A DNA stretch of 64,000 bases from an uncultured Rickettsiales bacterium (GCA_964539135.1 CAZIFG010000001.1:1251-65250), one strand, 5' to 3'; shown: positions 1 to 8,313, counted from the stretch's first letter. Numbers and translations: made by a program. Notes: a model not told the origin generated them from the letters alone.

Positions 1-2
1 GG

Positions 3-737
3 GTGGCGACAACAGCTAGTTACGCAACAACTGCAAACTATGCAACAAGTGCGGGGTCGGCCTTGACTGCAACCACAGCGAATGCCTTGGCTGATGGCGT
101 TGTGCTTACAGATGCTCAGGTGACTAATAATTTAACCTTAACTTCAGGTAGTATTGATGGGGTGATGATTGGTCAAACCACCTCTGCGAATGCCATCTTT
201 ACAGGGGTAACGTTGAATGCCTTGGTTGTGGGCGATAGTATTGTCTTCACAGGGGCAACACCTGGATTGTCATCTAGCCAAGTGATTACACTTACGGCGC
301 CTTCTTTTAATGTTTCGGGTAACTTGAATCTTAAAGGCGACGCGTATAAAACGGTTGCGGGTGGATGGTTGGAATCCTCTGACTCTCGTTTGAAACATGA
401 TATCGTGACCTTGAATGCGGCGGAGTCTTTATCTAAATTGATGTCACTGAGACCTGTATCTTATTATTGGAATGACCCTGCGGCGCATGGTAACCAAGAT
501 TTTAAGATGGATGGTTTTATTGCTCAAGAACTTCAAGAGGTCTTCCCAACATGGGTTAAACAAGGACCTAATGGATACTTGGCGGTGAATAAAATTGGAT
601 ATGATGCTTTGATGCTCAGTGCGTTAAAAGCGATTAAAGCGCAGCATGAGCAAGACCTTGTAGAGCTTAAAGCTTCTTATGATTCTAAACTTGAGGCATT
701 GGAATCTCGATTGAGAGTATTAGAAGGAGCTCACTAA
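3..737 (+). CDS. C-terminal part of a tail-fibre-like or surface fibre protein with a peptidase S74 type intramolecular chaperone domain (5' end lies outside the window)
   Basis: The frame is open from the window edge. An Ala/Thr-rich fibre-like region (ATTASYATTANYATS...) is followed by ESSDSRLKHDI..L..L....Y.W, which resembles the Ser-Lys autoprocessing motif of endosialidase and tail-spike chaperone domains. A coiled-coil tail follows. Confidence 0.55.
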   Translation: MATTASYATTANYATSAGSALTATTANALADGVVLTDAQVTNNLTLTSGSIDGVMIGQTTSANAIFTGVTLNALVVGDSIVFTGATPGLSSSQVITLTAPSFNVSGNLNLKGDAYKTVAGGWLESSDSRLKHDIVTLNAAESLSKLMSLRPVSYYWNDPAAHGNQDFKMDGFIAQELQEVFPTWVKQGPNGYLAVNKIGYDALMLSALKAIKAQHEQDLVELKASYDSKLEALESRLRVLEGAH

Positions 738-741
738 TTCG

Positions 742-1335
742 ATGTTAAGACTAGTCTTACTTCTAATTGGGATGATGTGTTTTGGGGACGTTGTCATGTC
801 AACGCCCCCAAATGTGCAGATTCGGTTCCCCGTTTTGAGCATTCAGGCTGTTCCGGAGGTTCAATCGGGTATTTATTTATCTGGCGTCCGAATGAACCTT
901 TTTTATGGTACAGATCCACTTTTTTCTCTGGATGATCCCTATGATTTTGAATATAGAGACGTTTTAACTGATCCGCATGGGGAATCGGGCATTACATTTA
1001 AACCTCTTACGGAGGTTCATATTGTGGGACCTGTTTTAAATTATCCAAATCCTTTTTTAAGTGGTAAGAAAACAGAAATTGGATTTCATCTTGAGATGCC
1101 GGGGCATGTGGATTTAACCTTGATTGTGTATAATATGTTGGGTCATCAGGTGGCTAGAAAAGACGTTAACACATCCAATTTGGTGCACTATTTTAATTAT
1201 TTTCGTATTCCATTTTCCAGTGATGACACTTATGGCGAGTTGCCTGCGGGACCTTATTTTTATCTGATTTTATATCAAAATAAAATTATTGGTAAAAATA
1301 AAATGGGTGTTATTCCATCGCCTATACGTTTTTAG
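742..1335 (+). CDS. Secreted protein with a T9SS-type / FlgD-Ig-like C-terminal beta-sandwich domain
   Basis: Hydrophobic N-terminal signal-like segment. The C-terminal pattern NYPNPF..kkTeIgF.l....V.L.iYNmLG..V is typical of Por-secretion-tail / FlgD_ig folds. Confidence 0.45.
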   Translation: MLRLVLLLIGMMCFGDVVMSTPPNVQIRFPVLSIQAVPEVQSGIYLSGVRMNLFYGTDPLFSLDDPYDFEYRDVLTDPHGESGITFKPLTEVHIVGPVLNYPNPFLSGKKTEIGFHLEMPGHVDLTLIVYNMLGHQVARKDVNTSNLVHYFNYFRIPFSSDDTYGELPAGPYFYLILYQNKIIGKNKMGVIPSPIRF

Positions 1336-1375
1336 TTTTTATCCTTCAGTCGCTTTGTTTTTTGAGCGAAAGATG

Positions 1376-1404
1376 TTGACAAAAGTGAGCTTAAGTATTA
1401 TAGT
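1376..1404 (+). promoter_or_regulatory. Sigma-70 type promoter upstream of rpmE
   Basis: TTGACA (1376-1381), 17-nt spacer, TATAGT (1399-1404), about 70 nt upstream of the rpmE ATG. Confidence 0.5.
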
Positions 1405-1473
1405 TCCCCTCTTGCGGCACCATTTTTTGAGTGGGGCTGTAGCGTAATTATTCTAAAAAACAGAGGCTTATAT

Positions 1474-1728
1474 ATGGCAAAAGTAGCAAAAGCAAGTAAA
1501 GCGCCCGCAAAGAAATCATCTGTTGTCGAAGCAGATGGTAAAATTGTTTATCATGACATTATTGTAACGTGTGCCTGTGGGGCAGAATTTGTTTCTGGAT
1601 CGACTCAAGAGTCTATTCGTGTGGATATTTGCTCTCGATGCCATCCTTTCTTTACTGGCGATAGCCGAATTCTGGATACTGAAGGCCGCGTAGAGAAATT
1701 CCGTAAGAAATATAGCTTAAAAAAATAA
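1474..1728 (+). CDS. rpmE: 50S ribosomal protein L31, with a Lys/Ala-rich N-terminal extension of about 20 aa
   Basis: CxC...CSRCHPFFTG motif and RVEKFRKKY tail. Confidence 0.9.
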   Translation: MAKVAKASKAPAKKSSVVEADGKIVYHDIIVTCACGAEFVSGSTQESIRVDICSRCHPFFTGDSRILDTEGRVEKFRKKYSLKK

Positions 1729-1767
1729 CCTTTTTATTGTATTGCTTTTTTTGGGGTCCCTTGGCGT

Positions 1768-2835
1768 ATGTCTTCTTTAATTGTTCAGTTTCAGGATTTG
1801 GAAGATAAATTTCTCTCTCTTGAACGCAAAATGAGTGACCCTGAGGTGATTTCGAATCAACAGCAGTATCAGGCGCTTGTTAAAGAACACTCTAAACTTA
1901 AAGAAGGCGTTTCTCTTTATTCTCGATATAAAAAAATTGCAGCAGAACTTGAAGATGCCAAAACCTTGCTTTTAGACCCTGATATGAAAGAGATGGCTCA
2001 GGCCGAGGTGGCTCTTTTATCTGAAGAGTTTGATCGTCTGACTCATGAACTCCATCTTTTTTTAATTCCTTCTGATCCTGATGATGATAGAGATGCTATG
2101 GTTGAAATTCGATCTGGAACGGGTGGGGAAGAGGCGGCTCTTTTTGCGACTGTTTTATTTCGTATGTACTCTAAGTACGCGGATGCCAAAGGATGGAAAA
2201 TTGAGGTTTTAGATCGAAATTTAACGGAATTGGGAGGCCTTAAGGAAATTTCATTTTCCATTAAGGGTTCTGACGTTTATGCTCACATGAAATTTGAAAG
2301 TGGAACGCATCGGGTGCAACGTGTTCCAGATACGGAATCGTCTGGACGTATTCATACGTCTGCGGCTACGGTCGCTATTTTACCAGAAGCAGAAGAAGTG
2401 GATGTTCATATTGATACCAAAGATTTGCGTATTGATACGTATAGATCCAGTGGTGCTGGGGGGCAGCATGTTAATAAAACGGATTCTGCCGTTCGGATTA
2501 CGCATGAACCATCTGGTATCGTTGTCGCCTGTCAGGATGAACGGTCTCAATTTCAAAATAAAGATAAAGCCATGAGGATGCTGCGTACCAAATTATACGA
2601 GAAAATGGTTGCCGATCAAGCTCAAAAAGAAGCAGCAGCTCGAAAAATTCAAGTGGGATCTGGAGATAGATCTCAAAAAATTAGGACCTATAATTATCCC
2701 CAAGGACGCGTTACAGATCATCGTATCGGCCTTACAGTTCATGACTTAGAAGGGATTTTGAGTGGGGAATTGGATAAAATTGTAGAGCCTTTGATTAAAC
2801 AAGACCAAATGGATAGACTGTCTTCCGTTTCTTAA
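1768..2835 (+). CDS. prfA: Peptide chain release factor 1
   Basis: GGQ motif (SSGAGGQHVNKTDSAVR), RVQRVP-x-TES recognition region, full length of 355 aa. Confidence 0.95.
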   Translation: MSSLIVQFQDLEDKFLSLERKMSDPEVISNQQQYQALVKEHSKLKEGVSLYSRYKKIAAELEDAKTLLLDPDMKEMAQAEVALLSEEFDRLTHELHLFLIPSDPDDDRDAMVEIRSGTGGEEAALFATVLFRMYSKYADAKGWKIEVLDRNLTELGGLKEISFSIKGSDVYAHMKFESGTHRVQRVPDTESSGRIHTSAATVAILPEAEEVDVHIDTKDLRIDTYRSSGAGGQHVNKTDSAVRITHEPSGIVVACQDERSQFQNKDKAMRMLRTKLYEKMVADQAQKEAAARKIQVGSGDRSQKIRTYNYPQGRVTDHRIGLTVHDLEGILSGELDKIVEPLIKQDQMDRLSSVS

Positions 2836-2841
2836 TTTTTT

Positions 2842-3744
2842 ATGGAAACAGTCGGCTTTTTTTATCGTAAAATATGTCATGAGTTGGCCCCTGTTGCAGA
2901 GTCTCAATCTGATCTTGAAGCAGAGTGGCTCTTTTGTTTTGTTTTAAACTGTTCTCGATCCCAATTTTTTTTGCGGTTTTCAGATCTTTTAGTGCCAGAT
3001 GTGCAGTTAAATCTGGAGGCTTTGGTTGCGCAGCGGCTTACAGGAAAGCCCTTGGCTTATATTTTGGGCTCTGTTTCCTTTATGGGGCGTGTGTTTCAGG
3101 TGAAAGAAGGCGTTTTAATTCCACGTCCTGAAACCGAGCGCTTGGTAGAAGAAAGTGCGTCTCGTTTGAGGCAAATTCTAGGAGATAGACCCTTTATTGG
3201 GTTTGAATGTGGGTGTGGTACGGGTGTTATTTCCTTGAGTTTAGCCTCTTTGTTTCTTCAGTCTCGATGGGTGGCCTGGGATATTAATGCGGCGGCCATT
3301 GCCTGTTCCATTCAAAATGCTCGGCAGCTGGATCTTGTGGATAGGGTGACGTTTATAGAAGCGGATTTTTTTGAGGGCCTTTCGCAACAGCCCCAAGGTG
3401 ATGATTATAAAGAGGTGATGATTCAGGATTTACCCTTGGTTTTTGTGAGTAATCCGCCCTATATTTCGTCTTTTGACTGTACCCAATTGGATGCGAGCGT
3501 GACATCTTTTGAGCCTTTATCGGCTTTGGATGGAGGCGTTGATGGCTTGGACTTTTATCGAAAATTTAAGACCTTTATGAGTACATTTAAGCCTATTTTT
3601 TCTGCTTTTGAACTGGGGCAATTCCAATTTCCAGCGGTTCAGGCGATTTTTCAAGATATGGGACATACAGAAGCCTATCTGGATTATCAGGGCATTCAGA
3701 GAGGGATTATGGTTTCGCAACAGTCCCATGATTTTAAGTCTTAG
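2842..3744 (+). CDS. prmC: Release-factor glutamine N5-methyltransferase (HemK/PrmC)
   Basis: SAM-binding GCGTGVIS and catalytic NPPY (VSNPPYI). Classic position downstream of prfA. Confidence 0.85.
   Translation: METVGFFYRKICHELAPVAESQSDLEAEWLFCFVLNCSRSQFFLRFSDLLVPDVQLNLEALVAQRLTGKPLAYILGSVSFMGRVFQVKEGVLIPRPETERLVEESASRLRQILGDRPFIGFECGCGTGVISLSLASLFLQSRWVAWDINAAAIACSIQNARQLDLVDRVTFIEADFFEGLSQQPQGDDYKEVMIQDLPLVFVSNPPYISSFDCTQLDASVTSFEPLSALDGGVDGLDFYRKFKTFMSTFKPIFSAFELGQFQFPAVQAIFQDMGHTEAYLDYQGIQRGIMVSQQSHDFKS
3713..3727 (+). repeat. Solo terminal-repeat fragment of the palindromic element, inside the 3' end of prmC
   Basis: TTTCGCAACAGTCCC is identical to the right terminal repeat of the element family. 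It encodes the prmC tail ..VSQQSH. Confidence 0.5.
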
Positions 3745-3755
3745 GGATAAATTTT

Positions 3756-3897
3756 GGGACTGTTGCGAAACGCCTATTTTGGCCATCTGCTGTGTTATCC
3801 TCGTCCTCAAGTCCTCATTTATGTCTCATAAACTCCGGGCTTTCGGACTCGGAATGCCTTGCAGCTGATCCAAACGTAGTCATTTCGCAACAGTCCC
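3756..3897 (+). mobile_element. Palindromic miniature element, copy 1 (142 bp), between convergent prmC and the sigma-54 activator gene
   Basis: GGGACTGTTGCGAAACGCCTA ... TAGTCATTTCGCAACAGTCCC terminal inverted repeats. Flanked by ATTTT at 3751-3755 and 3898-3902. Followed by a T-run. Confidence 0.85.
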
Positions 3898-3913
3898 ATT
3901 TTTTATTCATCGT

Positions 3914-5368
3914 TTAATTGGGTAGGGGAATCTGATATTTTTCCAATTTGTTGTAGAGTGTGGTTCTGGAAATTCCCAATGCTTTGGCGACTTGTAACAT
4001 ATTACCTTTTTTGAGTTCTAAGGCGTGCTCAATGGCTTTTTTTTCGAGTTCGTCTAAGGGCAAAATGAGGCTTGGATGCATGTAGGGGGCTGGCGCCTTA
4101 TCGGGTGGGTTGAGGAGCAGTTGTTCTTTTTGTCCGGGTTGGTAGGTTAAAATTTCTCGGGAAATGGGCTGTCCTTGTGCAATGATGAGGCCTCTATGTA
4201 GCGTATTTTCAAGCTCTCGGGCATTGCCTTCCCAGCGTTGTTGCATTAAATATTGCGCCGCATCTTCCGTTAAGAGGGGGGTGGGGATTTTTAACCGTTT
4301 AGAGAGGATGTCTAAAAAATGATGGGATAAAGGCAGTATGTCTTCGGGGCGCTCTCTAAGGGGGGGGATGTAAATGGGGAAGACATTGAGGCGATAGTAG
4401 AGGTCTAATCGGAATTTTTTATCATCTACGAGTTGTTTTAAGGGTTGGTTGGTGGCGGCAATAATACGCACATTGACTTTAATGGTTTTTGTGCCCCCTA
4501 CAGGATCTATTTCTTGATTCTGAAGGGCTCTTAATAATTTAACCTGGGTTTCTAGATTCATTTCTCCAATTTCATCTAAAAAGAGCGTGCCGCCGTCTGC
4601 CAGTTCAAATTTTCCAGGTTTTTTATCATCAGCACCTGTAAAGGCGCCTTTTACATGTCCAAATAATTCAGATTCAATGAGCTCTTTGGGAATGGCTCCA
4701 CAATTAATGGCAATAAAGGGCTTGGATTTTCGATTGGAGTTTTTGTGAATCGCCGTTGCAATGACATCTTTTCCCGTTCCACTTTCACCTTGGAGGAGGA
4801 CGGTGATGTCTTTTTCCAAAATCAGATCTAAGGCCTTAAAGACCTCTTTCATGGCAGGACTGTCTCCAATTAAGGCCAGTGCGTTGTGTGCTGTATTGAT
4901 TTTTTCAAGGTAGTGAATGTGTGCGGTTTGGCGAGAGATGAGTTGTTCTTTTTCGGCACTGTACCGTTCAAAGGTTAAAATCCCTAGAATATCGAGGCTG
5001 TTTTCCAGTTGTAACAGTTGCTCTTTTTCTTTGTCTTGAAGGGTATCGCTGTTCAGTGTCATTAAACTGGTTTTAAGTGCGTAAATGAGGAGTGCGGTGT
5101 CCTTAATGCTAAATCCATGGCTAATTTGTTCTTTTTGAAGGTTGTGAAATAAGGAAAGAATGGGCTCTATTTTTTCTTTTTGAATGATTTCTATTTGGGG
5201 ATTTTTGACTAGGGCTAAGAGTTCACTTAATAATTTTTTACTGGTAGGTTCTAAATGGATGTTTTTTTGCAATCCTTCTTCAGAATAGTGGGGATTTTCT
5301 TTGAGTTCTGCAATCCAATTGTTTAAAATCGTTTGCGGTTCTAATCCGGTAGGTTCTGTGTTATGCAT
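3914..5368 (-). CDS. Sigma-54-dependent transcriptional activator (bacterial enhancer-binding protein) without a receiver domain
   Basis: AAA+ Walker A GESGTGKD, GAFTGA loop, ELFGH, C-terminal Fis-type HTH (ISRTTLYNKLEKY). The N-terminal region of about 165 aa has no response-regulator Asp pocket. Confidence 0.85.
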   Translation of the reverse strand: MHNTEPTGLEPQTILNNWIAELKENPHYSEEGLQKNIHLEPTSKKLLSELLALVKNPQIEIIQKEKIEPILSLFHNLQKEQISHGFSIKDTALLIYALKTSLMTLNSDTLQDKEKEQLLQLENSLDILGILTFERYSAEKEQLISRQTAHIHYLEKINTAHNALALIGDSPAMKEVFKALDLILEKDITVLLQGESGTGKDVIATAIHKNSNRKSKPFIAINCGAIPKELIESELFGHVKGAFTGADDKKPGKFELADGGTLFLDEIGEMNLETQVKLLRALQNQEIDPVGGTKTIKVNVRIIAATNQPLKQLVDDKKFRLDLYYRLNVFPIYIPPLRERPEDILPLSHHFLDILSKRLKIPTPLLTEDAAQYLMQQRWEGNARELENTLHRGLIIAQGQPISREILTYQPGQKEQLLLNPPDKAPAPYMHPSLILPLDELEKKAIEHALELKKGNMLQVAKALGISRTTLYNKLEKYQIPLPN

Positions 5369-5427
5369 ATTTTTCTCTGCCCATTGTGTTCAATTTTTAA
5401 ACACTTTAAAACTTTTTTGAGAGGACG

Positions 5428-6270
5428 TCAAGAGCGTGTGCTGAGTGCTGGAAGTATCGCGTCTGGGGTTCCCCATTTGGTGCATTCTTCTGCTTCTGAA
5501 TATTGAAAGGCGATACCTGTGTCTTTGATCCAACAGCCGCTTATTCCCAATTCTGTTTGCAGTGCCATGACATTTTCTAAATTGTCATCAAAAAACCATA
5601 CGCTTTTATCTAGGGTGAGAGTGGATGTGTCTTGGATGATTTTTTTTACAATTTTTGTAAAATTGGAGAGTGGTTTTCCGATCCAATGGATGGGGCGTTG
5701 TAGGATTTCTTCTAGTGTTTCGGCATAATAACCTACAACTGCTTGGTGTCTATCTTGAACTCGAATCATGCGATCTGGATTGCAACAAATGACGGGAATT
5801 TCAGGGGTATGATGGCAATGAGAAATAAGAGGCGCTAATACATCGTGTGTATTGTCTCTGGGACCTGATGTTAAAACAATGACTTCGCTTTCCTCTACGT
5901 GAGGTGTTATTTTTTTGGCTTTTGCACGGATTATATATTCATGAGAATAGGGGGATCCAAAGACGTAGGCAATTTTGTTTTCGATGAGCCTGCGTATGAC
6001 CGGATCATGTTCTAACCCACTACCAGATGAAATGATATGGGATTCTGGGATATGAATGCCAAACGTGTTCAATCGCGTTTCTATTCGTTTTGGATTTTGA
6101 AAGGCATTGTTTGTGATCAGATAGCAGGGACCCAAGGTTTGAAAGTGTTGGATGATTTCAGGCACAGATTCAAAGGCAGAGGGTTTGTCTGTATAAATCA
6201 CACCGGAAGCGTCCAATAAAAATCCTTTTGGATTGCTTTTTAAGATCTCGGTTAAGGTGCGTTTGATCAT
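5428..6270 (-). CDS. HAD-superfamily hydrolase, subfamily IIA-like
   Basis: LLDASGVIY motif I-like, ITNNA, and FFDDN near the C-terminus. Start chosen at the ATG that forms an ATGA overlap with the ispE stop. Confidence 0.65.
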   Translation of the reverse strand: MIKRTLTEILKSNPKGFLLDASGVIYTDKPSAFESVPEIIQHFQTLGPCYLITNNAFQNPKRIETRLNTFGIHIPESHIISSGSGLEHDPVIRRLIENKIAYVFGSPYSHEYIIRAKAKKITPHVEESEVIVLTSGPRDNTHDVLAPLISHCHHTPEIPVICCNPDRMIRVQDRHQAVVGYYAETLEEILQRPIHWIGKPLSNFTKIVKKIIQDTSTLTLDKSVWFFDDNLENVMALQTELGISGCWIKDTGIAFQYSEAEECTKWGTPDAILPALSTRS

Positions 6271-7235
6271 AAACTTTCTGTTGCTACCATCTGAAGGGGG
6301 CATTCTAGACTTAGTTTTTCTTTATAATTTTCGGCTTCGCTTAGGGTGTTAAATGGGATAAATAAAGTAGAGCCGGATCCAGACATATACCATTGTTTGG
6401 GACTTATTTGAGTGAGTGTATCTGTTATTTTTTTAAGTTCTGGATACAGAATAAGTGCAGGTTCTAAGAGATCATTTTTTCCCAGTAGGGGATTTGGGCA
6501 AATGGGGTGGGCGGGTTCTTTTGCTGCATGGGGATACTGTTCATCGAATGTTTTATAGATTTGGGTGGTATCGCAGTGGATATTGGGAAAAATCAGCAGG
6601 TAAGCTTGAGTTTTACTTGGAAGGCTTACGATGTTTTCTCCAATGCCATAGACCCAGGCACATCCACTTTGGGACTGTTGTGAAATGCCTATTTTGGCCA
6701 TCTGCTGCGTTATCCTCGCCCTTAAGTCCTCATTTATACCGTATAAACTCTGGGCTTTTGGACTCGGAATGCCTTGCATATGATCCAAACGTAGGCATTT
6801 CGCAACAGCCCCACTTTTTAAAAAAAAGGGGACATCGGAGCCGGCTTTTAGTGCAATGGGGATTAAGCTTTCAAGGGGATGATTCCAAGATTCTAAGGTA
6901 TTCAAAACATTTAAAAAACAGGCGGCATTACTGCTTCCGCCACCGAGTCCGCCTCCCATGGGAATGTTTTTTTCAATGTGGATGTGGTAGCCATACTGAC
7001 AGGGCAGTTGTTGATATATTTTCCAGAGGATATTGGTTTCATTGAGCGGAACATCAGGATGTGTGGCTGTGATTTGAAGCCCTTTTTGGGTGCTTTGTTC
7101 TATGGTGAGGGTATCTGAAAGGGAGAGGGTTTGAAAAATAGAATTGATCGGGTGATATCCATTAGATCGCGGTGCATAGATCTGTAAGGATAAATTTAAT
7201 TTTGCAGGAGATAAGTATTTAACTTTTTTTAACAC
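6267..7235 (-). CDS. ispE: 4-diphosphocytidyl-2-C-methyl-D-erythritol kinase carrying an in-frame 49-codon element insertion
   Basis: KLNL.L start region, GHMP kinase motif PMGGGLGGGSSNAA, GSDVPFFL ... GIGE. The ORF is 322 aa, or about 273 aa once the insertion is removed. GTG start. Confidence 0.85.
   Translation of the reverse strand: MLKKVKYLSPAKLNLSLQIYAPRSNGYHPINSIFQTLSLSDTLTIEQSTQKGLQITATHPDVPLNETNILWKIYQQLPCQYGYHIHIEKNIPMGGGLGGGSSNAACFLNVLNTLESWNHPLESLIPIALKAGSDVPFFLKSGAVAKCLRLDHMQGIPSPKAQSLYGINEDLRARITQQMAKIGISQQSQSGCAWVYGIGENIVSLPSKTQAYLLIFPNIHCDTTQIYKTFDEQYPHAAKEPAHPICPNPLLGKNDLLEPALILYPELKKITDTLTQISPKQWYMSGSGSTLFIPFNTLSEAENYKEKLSLECPLQMVATESL
6671..6812 (+). mobile_element. Palindromic miniature element, copy 2 (142 bp), inside the ispE coding sequence
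   Basis: Full-length match to the family. Flanked by ACTTT at 6666-6670 and 6813-6817. 142 + 5 = 147 nt = 49 codons, with no stop in the ispE frame. Confidence 0.9.
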
Positions 7236-7245
7236 AGGTTCTTTT

Positions 7246-7276
7246 AAAGCCCCCCTGATTAAAGGGGGGCTTTTTT
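7246..7276 (-). terminator. GC-rich hairpin between the PPIase gene and ispE (bidirectional-type intrinsic terminator)
   Basis: GCCCCCC (7249-7255), 8-nt loop, GGGGGGC (7264-7270), flanked by an A-run and a T-run. On the minus strand the trailing U tract is only 3 nt. Confidence 0.5.
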
Positions 7277-7281
7277 CATTC

Positions 7282-8169
7282 TTAATGGTTTTCTTTAGAC
7301 TCTTCTTTTTTCTCGTCTTCTTTTTCGTCTGCTTTTTTAATTTTGGCTTTGGCTTTTAATCCATCAAGATAGGTGTTGATGGCAGCGCCTTGTTTTTGAT
7401 TTTGCAAAAATTGTTGAATTTGACCTTTTACAGATTCAAAGGGTTTTTCAGGTGCAATTTGAATGTCTTCTAGTCTCATGACATGGTATCCAAATTGTGT
7501 TTTGACAATGCCGGATACTTCTCCCTTTTTAAGGGCGAAAGCAACTTTTTCAAAATCAGGTACGAGATCTCCACGTTTGAAAAATCCAAGGTCTCCGCCA
7601 TTTGCTTTTGTTGGGTCCATTGATTTTTCTTTGGCGAGGGCTTCAAAGTTTTTGCCTGATTTTAATTCAGCTAAGATTTTTTTGGCTTCTGCTTCTGTTG
7701 CGACTAAGATATGACGGGCACGTCGTTGCTCGTATCCTTGGAATTGGGCTTTGTTGTTTTCATAAAATTGACTGACATCTTGTTCCGTTACAGCAATGTT
7801 TTTTTCAATATTATCTTTTAAAATCATATTGATTAAGAGCTGATTTTTGCTGTTTTGAAGTTGTTCTTCTAAAGTCGCGATTTGCTCTTTATACTCTGGT
7901 TTTTGATCTAATTTTTGTTTCTTAGCTTCTTGTAGAATGAGTTCCTCGTTGACCAGTTGATCTAAAAGTAATTTTCTATTTTCTGTTGCTGCGAAAGACG
8001 CTCTGGTGTTTTCAGGTAGAGATTGAATGCGTTTGTCCATTTTTTCTTGGGTAATTTTGACACCATTTACAGTGACTAGCGCTTTTGATTTATCATTACC
8101 ACAGGCGGTCAGAACGGTTAAGGTTGCGACGGCAAGCACTGTGTTTCGGATTAACGTACTTTTTTTCAT
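7282..8169 (-). CDS. Parvulin-type peptidyl-prolyl isomerase lipoprotein (PrsA/SurA-like)
   Basis: Lipobox LTACG. Rotamase domain ARHILV...GGDLGFF..G.L.P.F...F.L..GE.S..V.T.FGYH. Confidence 0.8.
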   Translation of the reverse strand: MKKSTLIRNTVLAVATLTVLTACGNDKSKALVTVNGVKITQEKMDKRIQSLPENTRASFAATENRKLLLDQLVNEELILQEAKKQKLDQKPEYKEQIATLEEQLQNSKNQLLINMILKDNIEKNIAVTEQDVSQFYENNKAQFQGYEQRRARHILVATEAEAKKILAELKSGKNFEALAKEKSMDPTKANGGDLGFFKRGDLVPDFEKVAFALKKGEVSGIVKTQFGYHVMRLEDIQIAPEKPFESVKGQIQQFLQNQKQGAAINTYLDGLKAKAKIKKADEKEDEKKEESKENH

Positions 8170-8188
8170 GATTCTTTTAACTCCTTAT

Positions 8189-8225
8189 ATATGAGGACTT
8201 CTAATAGGCGTTTCGTAACAGTCCC
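8189..8225 (-). repeat. Truncated, internally deleted copy of the palindromic element (left arm only, opposite orientation)
   Basis: The reverse complement reads GGGACTGTTACGAAACGCCTATTAGAAGTCCTCATAT, matching the left repeat plus the AAGTCCTCAT core. It ends 3 nt from the AAGGAG Shine-Dalgarno sequence of the PPIase gene. Confidence 0.6.
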
Positions 8226-8313
8226 AATAGTGGCTTATTCTAACAATGGGGCACTGCTTTGTCCACTAAAATTATTCTCAAAATGGGGGTGTTTTATGTC
8301 CCTTTTTGGGGTT

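Noticed and set aside
3-1335. Calling the window start a prophage
   Set aside because: Only one fibre-like gene fragment is visible. No integrase, capsid or baseplate genes are in the window. It is kept as a finding to check upstream and is not annotated as a mobile element.
3517-3868. Track ORFs 3517..3810 (-) and 3608..3868 (+), which could be read as small genes between prmC and the sigma-54 activator gene
   Set aside because: Both are produced by the repeat element ([18 protein letters not shown]... is the element frame) and overlap the 3' end of prmC. No independent coding evidence supports them.
6455-7045. 196-aa plus-strand ORF antisense to ispE
   Set aside because: It lies entirely within the well-supported ispE gene, and part of it is the element read in another frame. 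Composition-driven shadow ORF.
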